From Candidatus Woesearchaeota archaeon (GTDB lineage Archaea; Nanobdellota; Nanobdellia; Pacearchaeales; GW2011-AR1): DNA of 64,000 nucleotides. The stretch spans positions 30,913 to 94,912 of the forward strand of contig CAYXNP010000002.1 of NCBI GenBank assembly GCA_964466575.1. The letters run 5' to 3'. Of this stretch, positions 9,811-20,045 are shown one piece after another. Position 1 is the stretch's first letter; the number at the start of each line of letters is the position of its first letter. The position numbers were made by a program, and so were the translations under genes. A model generated the notes under the pieces. That model was given only the letters and a program-made list of their open reading frames with translations. It ran no database searches and was not told the DNA's origin.

Positions 9811-11196
9811 ATGGCAAAAGTTCTACTTGTTCAGCCTCATAATAATTTAAAAGAGAAGACAAATATTGTTGCTCCTCCGTCGAGTTTGATTATAGTAGCT
9901 ACATCAATACAGCACAAACATCCTGTTAAAATTTATGATAGAAATGTAGAACTGGGAGATGAGCGATTTTTTAAGATGCTTAAAGAATATAATCCTGATA
10001 TAATTGGATTTACAACAATGACTTCTACAATGTTATATGATATTGTTCATTTGGGTCCAAAAATTAAAGAGATTATGCCTAAGAAAATTATTATAATTGG
10101 AGGGGTGCATCCCAGTATTGAACCTGATTCTGTTTTGAATGAATCATATGTTGACTATATAATGAGAGGAGAAGGGGAAGAGGCTTTTTTGGAATTCTGT
10201 GATACTTTTGATAAAAATCCCAAGAAGTTGGGAACATTAAAAAATATTAATAAAAACCCTTTGAGACCATTTATGGATTTAAATATGGTTAAGTTTCCAA
10301 ATTATGATTTAGTTGATGTCAAGAAATATAGGCAGTTTTTTATTTTTACAAGCAGGGGATGCCCTGGAAGATGCACTTTTTGCTATAATATTGGTATGTG
10401 GGGAAAAGATGGAAATCCCTGTGTTAGGGTTTATGATACTGAGAAAACAAAAGCTTTGTTTAAAGAAGCAATTGAAAAATATAGTATAGTTGATTTTACA
10501 ATCAGCGACGAGAATTTTATGACATTTAAAAAAAGGAGTATTGAAGTTGGAGAGTTTCTTGCAAGAAATTACAAAGGAAAAATTAATTTCTTTATTTTTG
10601 GAAGGGCCGATTTTATGAAGAAAAATGAAGATGCGATTAAAGTCTTAAAAAAAGCCGGGCTTCATACAATTCAGATTGGTTCTGAAACAGGAAGTCAAAG
10701 AGTTCTAGATTTTCTTAATAAAAATATAAGTGTTGAAGTTCAAGCAGAGGCAATTGATATTTGCAGAAGAAACGGAGTTTTTAGTGATGCAAGTTTTATG
10801 ATTGGAATTCCGACAGAAACAATTGAAGAATTAAGAATGACTGAGAGATTTATTAGAACAACAAAACCAGACATCATGGATATTAAAATATTTAATCCAA
10901 TTCCTGGAACAAAAGTTTTTGATGATTTGGTTGAAGATGGAACAATAAAAAAGCCCAAAAATTTATTGGAATGGGCTGATTGGACTGGAAATTGGAGAGA
11001 TATGAAACATAATTTTAGTAAAATTCCTGATGCAGTATTATGGAAAATGGCAGAAAAATTTTGGGGGTATAATTACTATCGTTCTAGAATTAAAAAAGCG
11101 ATTTTTTGGATTCGAAAAGGCAGAATCAAATATGTCACAACAAAGATTAGACAGGGTTTAATTAAAGGTTATAATAAAGAGGGTCTAGAATTATAA
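9811..11196 (+). CDS. Class B (B12-binding domain) radical SAM enzyme.
   Basis: The N-domain reads VLLVQPHNN...PPSSLIIVAT...IIGGVHPS. SRGCPGRCTFCYN is the CxxxCxxC motif. Confidence 0.85.
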   Translation: MAKVLLVQPHNNLKEKTNIVAPPSSLIIVATSIQHKHPVKIYDRNVELGDERFFKMLKEYNPDIIGFTTMTSTMLYDIVHLGPKIKEIMPKKIIIIGGVHPSIEPDSVLNESYVDYIMRGEGEEAFLEFCDTFDKNPKKLGTLKNINKNPLRPFMDLNMVKFPNYDLVDVKKYRQFFIFTSRGCPGRCTFCYNIGMWGKDGNPCVRVYDTEKTKALFKEAIEKYSIVDFTISDENFMTFKKRSIEVGEFLARNYKGKINFFIFGRADFMKKNEDAIKVLKKAGLHTIQIGSETGSQRVLDFLNKNISVEVQAEAIDICRRNGVFSDASFMIGIPTETIEELRMTERFIRTTKPDIMDIKIFNPIPGTKVFDDLVEDGTIKKPKNLLEWADWTGNWRDMKHNFSKIPDAVLWKMAEKFWGYNYYRSRIKKAIFWIRKGRIKYVTTKIRQGLIKGYNKEGLEL

Positions 11197-12273
11197 AACT
11201 TTATCAATTTCTTTTTTAATATCTTCGACGCTAATATCTTTCATTTCCTTGTAAATCACTATTGATTTTTTCCCTAAAGGGCCAATATGTTTTAAATTAT
11301 ATTCTTTTGGAATTAATGCAATTAGGTTTATATTGGCAATCCATGCTAAATGCATTGGTGCTCCGTCAGGAGCAATCACAAGAGAGCTATTCTTATATAA
11401 TAAATAATTAAATCTAAGATTCTTTTTTATCAAAGGAATTGTTGAGAAATTTTTCTTTGATAAATATCTTATTTTCTTAGAATCTGAACCGACAAGAATT
11501 ATTTTGTAAAGAGGATATTTTTGTTTAATATATTTAATAACTGCATCAAATTTATTTAAAGAAAGTTGTTTTTCTTTAAAACTTGCATCTGGCACTATAC
11601 AAACATATTTTTTTAATTTAAATTCATTAAGGAAATTTGTTAGCTCTAATTTATCATTTTCATCTACAAAGATTTCTTGATGTTCATTAATGGATTTAAT
11701 AGAGAGATTCTTTTTTACTAATTCTAATTCAGAAATGCTTGCGTGAATTTCTTTTTTGTATCTTACTGGATTTGTTAAAAGGGGTTTTCCACCATTAAAA
11801 CTATAGTATCCTGAACGCATTTTTATCTTAGAAAAATACATAAAAATCATATTAATCAACATTGTTCCTGCTTCAATTCCAAGGTCATATTCGTCCCCTT
11901 TAATTTTCTTGAAAGTTTTAATATAATTACGCAAAGTTGAAATTGGTTTTTTTCTCCATGAAAAATCCAATTTAATAATCTCGTCTATGTTTGGATTTTT
12001 TTCAATTATTTGTGAATTTAGTTTTGATGCAATAACTGTTAATTTTGAGTTAGGAAAGTTTTTTTTGATTTCTCTGAAAACATTCGTTGTTAAAACCATG
12101 TCCCCAATTTTACAATTACGGATTATTAGTATTTTTTTTGGGTTAGAAATTTTGATTGGTTTAGACTTGAAGAAAAGCCCTATTAATTTATCTAAGAAAT
12201 ATAATTTTATGGCGTTTTGTTTTGAATTTTTTCTTACACAATATTCTTGATAGAATTTATTCATTAAAATCAT
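11191..12273 (-). CDS. GT9-family glycosyltransferase, ADP-heptose:LPS heptosyltransferase-like.
   Basis: KKILIIRNCKIGDMVLTTNVFREIKKNFPNSKLTVIASK matches the GT9 N-terminal signature and IAPDGAPMHLAWIAN matches the C-terminal one. Confidence 0.75.
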   Translation of the reverse strand: MILMNKFYQEYCVRKNSKQNAIKLYFLDKLIGLFFKSKPIKISNPKKILIIRNCKIGDMVLTTNVFREIKKNFPNSKLTVIASKLNSQIIEKNPNIDEIIKLDFSWRKKPISTLRNYIKTFKKIKGDEYDLGIEAGTMLINMIFMYFSKIKMRSGYYSFNGGKPLLTNPVRYKKEIHASISELELVKKNLSIKSINEHQEIFVDENDKLELTNFLNEFKLKKYVCIVPDASFKEKQLSLNKFDAVIKYIKQKYPLYKIILVGSDSKKIRYLSKKNFSTIPLIKKNLRFNYLLYKNSSLVIAPDGAPMHLAWIANINLIALIPKEYNLKHIGPLGKKSIVIYKEMKDISVEDIKKEIDKVL

Positions 12274-12310
12274 GGATTGGGTGCATATTTAATATTTATG
12301 TATGTGTAGA

Positions 12311-13021
12311 TTATATTTTGTGGTTAATCTTCTGAAAATAATAATCTACATTAAACGTTCTTTTTATAGTGTAATACAATCTTTTGTGTTTTCTTAGACG
12401 TGGTTTTAGTATGTTGATTATTTTCCTTATTCTTGGATATGTGCTCTGAATAGTAATTCCTTTTTTTCTATCTTTGTAACTTTCATTTAATCTCTTGTCA
12501 ACATGATAAGGGGTGAATTCTTTGACGCCGAGAAATTTGAATAATTTGTTTAATTCACCTTGTTTATTTTGATTGTCCATATTAAAAATAAAAACATTTT
12601 TGCCAAACTCTTTTTTCCATGGTTCAATGAGTTCTTTTTGATTAAATTTTGGTTTCTTTGTCGGAAGAAGATCATGATATTTTGAAACATTATAATATGA
12701 TTTTGCCCTATCTTCTTCATTTCTTTCGTAGATTATTATTTTAGTGTTGGGAAATAATTTTTTTAATAATTTAGCAGAACGTTTTTTATCGATTATTAGT
12801 GTGCTTATTTCTCCAACTACTTTACTGAAGTCGCAATTTTTAAATTTTTTATAATAGTTTTTTAAGCCCATAATTTCATACTCTTCAGGGAAATAATTAA
12901 TTTCAGTAAGAAGATTAAATTTAGGTATGCTTATTTGAGGATGTTCATATAAGCAATTAACCAGCCAATTTGAACCTGTTCTTCCAAATCCGACACCAAT
13001 GAAATCTATTCTTAATTTCAT
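12311..13021 (-). CDS. Sulfotransferase-family protein.
   Basis: The 5'-PSB-like motif is GFGRTGSNWL and the 3'-PB-like motif is YERNEEDRAKSYY (RxxxxRxxS). Confidence 0.6.
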   Translation of the reverse strand: MKLRIDFIGVGFGRTGSNWLVNCLYEHPQISIPKFNLLTEINYFPEEYEIMGLKNYYKKFKNCDFSKVVGEISTLIIDKKRSAKLLKKLFPNTKIIIYERNEEDRAKSYYNVSKYHDLLPTKKPKFNQKELIEPWKKEFGKNVFIFNMDNQNKQGELNKLFKFLGVKEFTPYHVDKRLNESYKDRKKGITIQSTYPRIRKIINILKPRLRKHKRLYYTIKRTFNVDYYFQKINHKI

Positions 13022-13105
13022 AATTTAATCTGTTCTTGGTAATTTTTAAAGTTATATAGTTTTAAGTTACATAAAGTATTTAAATAAAATTTTGGGTAAG
13101 ATTTC

Positions 13106-14170
13106 ATGAATAAAAGGGTAAAGATTATTTGTACAATCGGACCGTCTTCTTCTAATTCAGATATATTGAATAAATTCAAAGAAAGGGGAGTTGATTATTT
13201 TAGAATAAATCTTTCTCATACTAATACGGAAGATATTGAAACTAAGATATTGGAATTAAAAAAATATGGGGTTCCAATAATCTTAGATACTGAAGGTCCC
13301 CAAGTTAGGACAGGAAATGTTGACGAAATACTCTTTAGAGAAGGAGATAGTGTGAGAGTTTACTCGAAAGAGGTTATGTGTGACTCAGAAAATTTATTTT
13401 TAACACCCCAAAGGATTGTAAATAGTTTTGAAGTTGGGGATGAAATTTCTCTTGCATTTGGTTCTGCAACTTTTGTGGTTGAAGATACTTCAAATCTTGA
13501 GAGTGACGGATTTATAATTTGTAAAGTATTGTTGGGTGGAGAGATTGGAAGAAAAAAAGCAGTGCATATCGACGGCCCGAATTTTCTTTTGCATGATTTT
13601 AGTGAGAAAGATATGTATGCAATTGAACTTGCTAAAAGACAAAGTATAAAATACTTTACTCTTTCATTTATGGAAAGTGCTGATTCTGTTCAAAAGATAA
13701 GGGACTTTTATCCAGATGCAATTCTTTATTCCAAAATAGAATCTAGGAAGGGATTGGTTAATTTTGATAGTATCCTTGAAACTTCAGATGGGATTTTAAT
13801 TGATAGGGGTGATTTGAGTAGCCATATCCCGATTCATAAAATTCCAGTGATACAAAAGCATTTGATTGAAAAATGTAGAAATAAGGGCAAGGACTTATTT
13901 GTAGCCACTGATACTCTTCAGAATATGTTTTCAAATCACAGACCGAATGCTGCAGATGCAAATGACATTGTAAATACTCTTTTAGACGGTGCAACAGGAA
14001 TAGCACTAACTAAAGAGACTGCAGTTGGTAAATATCCAATACAGACTGTAGAAATGATGAATAAGATCATTGATTATATAGAATATATCTCGGGTTTTGA
14101 CAGCCTTCACCACCCAGACATCTTGAAAAGTATTCTTGAAGAAAGTAAACCTAAGTCTTTAAAGAATTAA
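13106..14170 (+). CDS. Pyruvate-kinase-like barrel-domain protein that lacks the C-terminal alpha/beta domain. A divergent PK paralog.
   Basis: KIICTIGPSS, LDTEGPQVRTG and SKIESRKG (K-x-E) are conserved. LIDRGDLSSHIP replaces the canonical MVARGDLGVEIP. At 354 aa it is about 120 aa shorter than a genuine PK. Confidence 0.65.
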   Translation: MNKRVKIICTIGPSSSNSDILNKFKERGVDYFRINLSHTNTEDIETKILELKKYGVPIILDTEGPQVRTGNVDEILFREGDSVRVYSKEVMCDSENLFLTPQRIVNSFEVGDEISLAFGSATFVVEDTSNLESDGFIICKVLLGGEIGRKKAVHIDGPNFLLHDFSEKDMYAIELAKRQSIKYFTLSFMESADSVQKIRDFYPDAILYSKIESRKGLVNFDSILETSDGILIDRGDLSSHIPIHKIPVIQKHLIEKCRNKGKDLFVATDTLQNMFSNHRPNAADANDIVNTLLDGATGIALTKETAVGKYPIQTVEMMNKIIDYIEYISGFDSLHHPDILKSILEESKPKSLKN

Positions 14171-15460
14171 TTTTCTAAAAACATAATGAGGATGAAATTT
14201 ATTTGTTACGTTTGGAATTACCTCTACGAGGTTCATTCCACTGATTTCATTCATTAATTGTTTTTGTTTTTTTGGAGAAGCATAGTAAGTGAATAAATCT
14301 CCAAAGTCTTGTTTTTCATATTTATATTGTGAGAATAAAGTTCCTTTAAATAAATTTCTTAAAATAAATTTTGGCCTTATCTGAGAAAATAATGCCAATG
14401 GATTATGGGAGCTGTATATGAATAATCCGTTTGGTTTTAAGACTCTTTTAATTTCCCGTATGGCTTTTTTTCTTTTTGATTCTGGATGAATATAATCTAG
14501 CCCATTATATGAAAAAAATACTAAATCAAAAGTGTTAGGATTAAATTTTAAATTGCACGCATCTCCTAATTCAAACTTAATATGCGGGTTATTTTTTTGG
14601 GCTCTTTTTATCATATCTTCAACAATATCGACGCCAATTACATCAAAACCTAAATCATGTAATTCTTTTGTCGTTCTTCCGCAACCGCAACCCAAATCCA
14701 ATATTTTTCCTTTGAAATATTTATCAATTATTAATTTCTCTGATTGAAATAAGCCTTTTAGCCCTAAATCAAAATGGTCAACAGAACTTTTTGTTTCATA
14801 TGATTTTTTATTAATCGCATTTTTGTCTTTTCTTGGTATTGGGCGTCTTTTGATTCTATCCCATATCCATCTTGCAATACTTGAATTTCTAATTGCTTTT
14901 CTTCCTAAAATGTACAAAGGATTTTTACTATAGATGTAATAATAAACTATTTTTCCGCCCCATTTTTCTTTGAAAGTGTTTATTCCAACTAAATGCCCCC
15001 GTGCTTTTATTTGATAACCCCCCAAATCCACTTTTGTTTTTCCTTTTGATTTTGCATACTTGATTGAATTCCAATATTGAAAATCATTTATCCTTAAATC
15101 CTGATATTCTATTAATGAAGCAAATGCGCGAAAGACTATTCTATCATCGAATTCTTCAAAAACACTGCCTCCCAAAAGTTTTTTGTCTTTTTTAGTTAAG
15201 AATAATTTGTGATTTGGTTTTCTAAATATTTCTAATTTTTGAGGATCTATCCCTCCTTCTTTCCAAACCTTGCAATAAATTTTATACCAATTATTCCACT
15301 CATCGTCTGTTTTTCCCTCGACAAAAGTTAGATTTTCTCTGCTGGCCTTATTAATATTCTTTCGTCTGCTTCTATCAATGTTTTTTAAAATTTCTTCTTC
15401 TGGTTTGTCAATATCAATTATGATTGTCGCTTGTATGTCTTTAAATCCTTTCCAAGTCAT
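14159..15460 (-). CDS. Fusion of an N-terminal FemAB-like/Acetyltransf_6 (BioF2-like GNAT) domain with a C-terminal class I SAM methyltransferase.
   Basis: The C-terminal half reads ILDLGCGCGRTTKELHDLGFDVIGVDI...FDLVFFSYNGLDYI, the Methyltransf_11/25 motifs I-III. The N-terminal 230 aa resemble FemAB or GNAT_6 aminoacyl/acyl transferases. This domain assignment is tentative. Confidence 0.55.
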   Translation of the reverse strand: MTWKGFKDIQATIIIDIDKPEEEILKNIDRSRRKNINKASRENLTFVEGKTDDEWNNWYKIYCKVWKEGGIDPQKLEIFRKPNHKLFLTKKDKKLLGGSVFEEFDDRIVFRAFASLIEYQDLRINDFQYWNSIKYAKSKGKTKVDLGGYQIKARGHLVGINTFKEKWGGKIVYYYIYSKNPLYILGRKAIRNSSIARWIWDRIKRRPIPRKDKNAINKKSYETKSSVDHFDLGLKGLFQSEKLIIDKYFKGKILDLGCGCGRTTKELHDLGFDVIGVDIVEDMIKRAQKNNPHIKFELGDACNLKFNPNTFDLVFFSYNGLDYIHPESKRKKAIREIKRVLKPNGLFIYSSHNPLALFSQIRPKFILRNLFKGTLFSQYKYEKQDFGDLFTYYASPKKQKQLMNEISGMNLVEVIPNVTNKFHPHYVFRKLIL

Positions 15461-15461
15461 T

Positions 15462-16481
15462 TTAGTTGTATTTGAAATAATTTAAAAAATTCAATTGTTT
15501 TTTTAATATTAAATTAAAGGGATATAATCTGCTTGGTTGAAATCCTTCTCTTTCTCTGCAATTTTTACAGATGTGGTTTTTTGGAAATGAATTTTCAATA
15601 TTTTGTTTTCTGAATTCTTGCATTTTCTTGCTGTTCCATATTTCTTTTAATGTTTGCTTGTTTAAATCTCCAAGAACTAATTTTGCATCGTAATCAAAAC
15701 AACAGGGCACAACTTTTCCGTCCCACAAAACAGTTAATTTTCCCCAAGGCCAAAAACAAGGGTAATAATATTTTCTTTTGAATTTATGCGAGTATTCGTC
15801 GGCTAATTTAGTTATGTTATCCATACTACCATCCCACGTGATAAAATCTTTGACTTCAACATGCTCTATTCCTTTTTTGTTAGACCATTTTTTCTTAAAT
15901 GAGTTAATTTCATTTTTAGTTTCTTTCATCCTTATTATTGCGATTGTTGTTTCTGGTAATTTTGATTTTCTTTTATTTTTTTCTTTTAAAAAATTATCAA
16001 TATTCTTAAGAGCGATATCATAATCCGCTAACCCTTTTCTTATCTTTTCATAAGTTTCTTTTGTAGCACCATCCAATGAAATATGCAAGAAGTCTAATTT
16101 TGAATCTAAAATTTCGTTGATTTTGTCTTTTGTTAAACTTGAGGGATTTGTCGAAAAAGATGCTTGAATTTTATATTTGTGGCATATTTTTATCATTTCC
16201 CCTATTTTTGGATGTAATAACGGATCTCCAAAATGATGCAAAACAATTCTAGAGTTATATTTCATTTGTTTTATTATTTTTTCAAATAATTTTATGTCCA
16301 TATATCCGATTTCTCGTTTCATGTAATTTCTTGGACACATGATACATTTCATTCCGCAAGCATTGGTTGGTTCAATATTGCTTATTGAAGGAAATGCTTT
16401 GACTATGAGTTTCTTATGAGAATAATCGTATCCTTTTTTCCATAGGTTGATTAATTTATTAAAAGTATTAACCATTTTCAT
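15462..16481 (-). CDS. Radical SAM/SPASM-domain enzyme.
   Basis: NACGMKCIMCPRN is a CxxxCxxC motif near the N-terminus. The C-terminal cysteines read VPCCFDYD...HICKNCRERE. Confidence 0.75.
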   Translation of the reverse strand: MKMVNTFNKLINLWKKGYDYSHKKLIVKAFPSISNIEPTNACGMKCIMCPRNYMKREIGYMDIKLFEKIIKQMKYNSRIVLHHFGDPLLHPKIGEMIKICHKYKIQASFSTNPSSLTKDKINEILDSKLDFLHISLDGATKETYEKIRKGLADYDIALKNIDNFLKEKNKRKSKLPETTIAIIRMKETKNEINSFKKKWSNKKGIEHVEVKDFITWDGSMDNITKLADEYSHKFKRKYYYPCFWPWGKLTVLWDGKVVPCCFDYDAKLVLGDLNKQTLKEIWNSKKMQEFRKQNIENSFPKNHICKNCREREGFQPSRLYPFNLILKKQLNFLNYFKYN

Positions 16482-16540
16482 TGTAGAATATCACTAATAC
16501 ACCTCAATAAGCTTTTTAATTGTTATGAAGCTGAAATTCT

Positions 16541-17320
16541 ATGGTTGTTTCGTTAACTATTGATACTGAAGAAGACCTTCATTCAAAAACGTATGTAAGT
16601 CTGAATTATGGCATTCCAAAGATATTAAAAATTTGTGATAGGTTTGAGATTAAACTGACGTTTTTTGTTCCAGCTATGCTTCTAGAAAAGTTTCCTGTTC
16701 TTTTCAAAGATTTAAGAAATAAAGGGCACGAGATTGCGTTGCATGGTTATGAACATGAGAGATTTGATGAACTTTCTTTTAATGAAAAAGAAAAACGAAT
16801 TATAAAATCAATTTTAGTATATAGAGAGATATTTAATGAAAATCCAAAGGGGTTTAGGGCGCCGCAACACTCTATTGATAATGAAACTTTAGGTTTGTTG
16901 AGCAAATATGGTTTTTCTTATGACTCGTCATATACACCGTTTAATTTATTGCAGTTACTTTTTTTCCCAAAGAAAATCAAGTTATTTATTGAAGGTTTCT
17001 TTAAACCTAGAAAGATTTTCTTTATTAAAAAAAACTTATATGAAATTCCGGTGTCTGGATTTCTTATTGCTTTTGTATCACTTCCTTTAAGAATTTTTCC
17101 TAAGCCGATTTTAAGATTATATTTATCAATTCTGAAATTAACAAATAAAGATTTAGTTTTTTATGCACATTCATGGGATTTTATTAAATTGCCTAATAGC
17201 AGAATAGATAAAATATTTAGCCATAAAAAATTGATGAAAAATCTTGAACTGATGATAAAATATTTGGTTAAAAAAAATAAATTTTTAACAATGGAGCAAA
17301 TTGCAAATGAAAATTCTTGA
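16541..17320 (+). CDS. Polysaccharide deacetylase of the CE4/NodB-like family.
   Basis: SLTIDTEED, ALHGYEHERF (HxxH) and FRAPQHS (similar to RPPYG) are the NodB motifs. Confidence 0.6.
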   Translation: MVVSLTIDTEEDLHSKTYVSLNYGIPKILKICDRFEIKLTFFVPAMLLEKFPVLFKDLRNKGHEIALHGYEHERFDELSFNEKEKRIIKSILVYREIFNENPKGFRAPQHSIDNETLGLLSKYGFSYDSSYTPFNLLQLLFFPKKIKLFIEGFFKPRKIFFIKKNLYEIPVSGFLIAFVSLPLRIFPKPILRLYLSILKLTNKDLVFYAHSWDFIKLPNSRIDKIFSHKKLMKNLELMIKYLVKKNKFLTMEQIANENS

Positions 17321-18452
17321 AGTGACTGCTTTCTCGTCGGGGTTTTGTGGATTGTGGGCCAGAGTTAAAAAAGAATCAGAATTATTAATTGAAAAAGGGC
17401 ACGAAGTAGTTGTTTTTTCATCTAATATTCATAGGGGTTCTGGAAAAATAGAATTTGCTAAAGAATTTGAGAAAATTGGAAAACTTAAAGTTCATAGATT
17501 TAAAACAAAGGGAAATTTTGGCGAGAACACTTTTTTTTGGGATTATGAGAAAGAAGCTTTTAGATTTAAGCCAGATATTATTATTTGCCATGCATATAGA
17601 CAATATTATTCTACAAAAGCTGTTAAGATTGCCAAAAAATTAGGTGTTCCGTGCATTCTTGTAACACATGCTCCTTTTCTTGAAAAGAAACTTAGAGGCT
17701 GGAAATTAAATGCAATGGTTTGGTTTTATGACAATTTTATTGGAAGAAGAATTTTAAATAAATATTCAAGAATTTTCATAATAACAAAATGGGAAACCCC
17801 TTATCTGATTGAATTAGATGTGAAAAAAGAAAAGATTGTTTATATGCCGAATGGTGTTCCTGAAGAGTTTTTTAATATTAAAATTCCTAAACCAAAAAAT
17901 AAGAAAAACAAGGAAATCTTATTCTTGGGAAGAATTGCTCCGATTAAAGATGTAGAAACTTTAATTCGTGCATTTAGTTTAGTTTTGGAAAAAGAAAAAA
18001 GTGTTGTTATAAATTTTGTTGGGCCGATTGAAGAAGAATATGGTTTGAAAATTAAAGATTTGATAAAAAAATTAAAATTAGATAAAAAAATTAATTTTTT
18101 AGGGCCTGTTTTTGATTTGAAAAAGAAAATGAATTTAATCGATAGTTCTGATGTTTTTGTTCTCTCCAGCAAAAGAGAAGGGATGCCTCAGTCGCTTGTT
18201 GAAGTAATGGCGCGAGAGAAAATCGTGATTTCTTCGGATATTCAGGCAGGAAAAGAAGTAATTGAAGATGGAAATAATGGTTATTTGTTTAAAGTTGGAA
18301 ATGAGAATAAGTTGGCTGAAAAAATTTTGAGGGGATTAAAAAATAGCGAAGAAAATAAGAAGATTAGGAAAAATGCAAGAAAGGCGGTTGAAAAGTTTTC
18401 TTGGAATAAATTGATTGATGAGATTGATGAAATCTTAAAATCACTTATATAA
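17301..18452 (+). CDS. GT4-family glycosyltransferase.
   Basis: The C-terminal signature reads EGMPQSLVEVMAREKIVISSDIQAGKEVIEDGNNGYLF, the E-x7-E motif. Confidence 0.85.
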   Translation: MQMKILEVTAFSSGFCGLWARVKKESELLIEKGHEVVVFSSNIHRGSGKIEFAKEFEKIGKLKVHRFKTKGNFGENTFFWDYEKEAFRFKPDIIICHAYRQYYSTKAVKIAKKLGVPCILVTHAPFLEKKLRGWKLNAMVWFYDNFIGRRILNKYSRIFIITKWETPYLIELDVKKEKIVYMPNGVPEEFFNIKIPKPKNKKNKEILFLGRIAPIKDVETLIRAFSLVLEKEKSVVINFVGPIEEEYGLKIKDLIKKLKLDKKINFLGPVFDLKKKMNLIDSSDVFVLSSKREGMPQSLVEVMAREKIVISSDIQAGKEVIEDGNNGYLFKVGNENKLAEKILRGLKNSEENKKIRKNARKAVEKFSWNKLIDEIDEILKSLI

Positions 18453-18496
18453 CACTCCTCAACAATGCTTATAAAATAAAACTCTTCTTTTGAATT

Positions 18497-20041
18497 ATGA
18501 GAATAATTCTTATATCGGCTGCGACGTTTCCGTCTGACCAAGGAATCAGAACTATTTCGGCAATTTTGAAAAAAGCTGGACACGACGTGAAAATCGTTTT
18601 TATGGCTTATTCAGAAGATTATTCCAAATTTTATCATAATAGGGAATTAAATCAATTAGTAAATATCTGCAAAAATGCAGATTTGATTGGAGTTAATTGT
18701 TATGTTTCGACTATGCCCCGAGCGATTCAAATTACAGGATTTTTGAAAAAGAAATTAAAAAAAGAAATTCCGATTGTTTGGGGTGGAATTCATCCGACGC
18801 TTTTTCCTCAAGATTGCATTAAATATGCAGACATTGTTTGCGTTGGCGACGGCGAAGATGCTGTTTTAGATTTGGCGAAGGCCATTGAAAATAAAAAACC
18901 AATTGATAAAATTCAAAACTTGTGGGTTAAAGATAAAAATGGTGAGATAGTAAAAAATCCTGTCCGTCCATTTATTGATAATCTTGATACTCTGCCTTTT
19001 GTGGATTACGATATAGAAGACCATTACATTTTGGAAAATCACAATTTGAGAAAATTTAAAGAAGAAGATTTGAATGGCCAAATATTCTTTTTGACAGGAA
19101 GGGGCTGTCCTTATGGCTGTACTTATTGCAGCAATAATCTTTTGAATGAGTTGTATAAAGGCAAATGCAAATCAATTGTAAGGTGGCACAGTGTCGACTA
19201 TATTATTGAGCATGTTTTATATTTAAAAAAACGATTTAAAACTTTGAGTTACTTTGATATTAGGGATGATACTTTTTCTTTGAGACCATTGAGCCAGATT
19301 CAGGAATTTTGTGAAAAGTATAAGGAAAAAGTTAATATGCGGTTCAAATGTCTTGGTGACCCGAAGACAATCTCTGAAGATAAAATTAAAGTTCTTGTCG
19401 ACGCTGGATGCACTGATATCATTATTGGAATCCAAGGCAATGAAAAAACTAACAGAGATATTTACAAAAGAGGGCAGACGAATGAACAAGTTTTGAAAGC
19501 CGGAAAAATTTTGAGTAAATACAAAAATAAATTGGCAGTGATGTATGATGTGATAACGTGCAATCCTTTTGAAGATGCGAAGGATGTAATTGACCTTATT
19601 CGACTTTTACAAATACTTCCTAAACCATATTATGTTTCTGTGAATAATCTGGTTTTTTTTCCTGGAACCGGCATTTATGAACGCGCCAAGATGAATCCTA
19701 AACTAAAAAAGATTGTTGAAGAAAGTTCTAAGTTAAATTATTGGGATAGGAATAAGCATATTTTATTGAAAAGGAAAGATATGTATCTTGTTTTGATTTT
19801 GAATTTAATGAGAGGTTCTGTGACTGAGAACAGATTTGGTTTAATGCCGAATAAATTAATTAATTATTTGTTAAAACCGTCGAGAATAAAATACAATTTA
19901 AATAATCCTGCTTTGACTTACATTGGATTGTCTTTTGTTAGTGTGATGGATTTAACGCGAGAAAGAATTGCGAAGCCGTTGTATCGTTCAACGCCGGTAA
20001 ATTTTAAAGTTTGGTATGATAAGATTCGTTATAGAGTTTAA
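18497..20041 (+). CDS. Class B (B12-binding domain) radical SAM enzyme.
   Basis: The N-domain reads IILISAATFPSDQG...VWGGIHPTLFP. GRGCPYGCTYCSNN is the CxxxCxxC motif. Confidence 0.85.
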   Translation: MRIILISAATFPSDQGIRTISAILKKAGHDVKIVFMAYSEDYSKFYHNRELNQLVNICKNADLIGVNCYVSTMPRAIQITGFLKKKLKKEIPIVWGGIHPTLFPQDCIKYADIVCVGDGEDAVLDLAKAIENKKPIDKIQNLWVKDKNGEIVKNPVRPFIDNLDTLPFVDYDIEDHYILENHNLRKFKEEDLNGQIFFLTGRGCPYGCTYCSNNLLNELYKGKCKSIVRWHSVDYIIEHVLYLKKRFKTLSYFDIRDDTFSLRPLSQIQEFCEKYKEKVNMRFKCLGDPKTISEDKIKVLVDAGCTDIIIGIQGNEKTNRDIYKRGQTNEQVLKAGKILSKYKNKLAVMYDVITCNPFEDAKDVIDLIRLLQILPKPYYVSVNNLVFFPGTGIYERAKMNPKLKKIVEESSKLNYWDRNKHILLKRKDMYLVLILNLMRGSVTENRFGLMPNKLINYLLKPSRIKYNLNNPALTYIGLSFVSVMDLTRERIAKPLYRSTPVNFKVWYDKIRYRV

Positions 20042-20045
20042 CACG

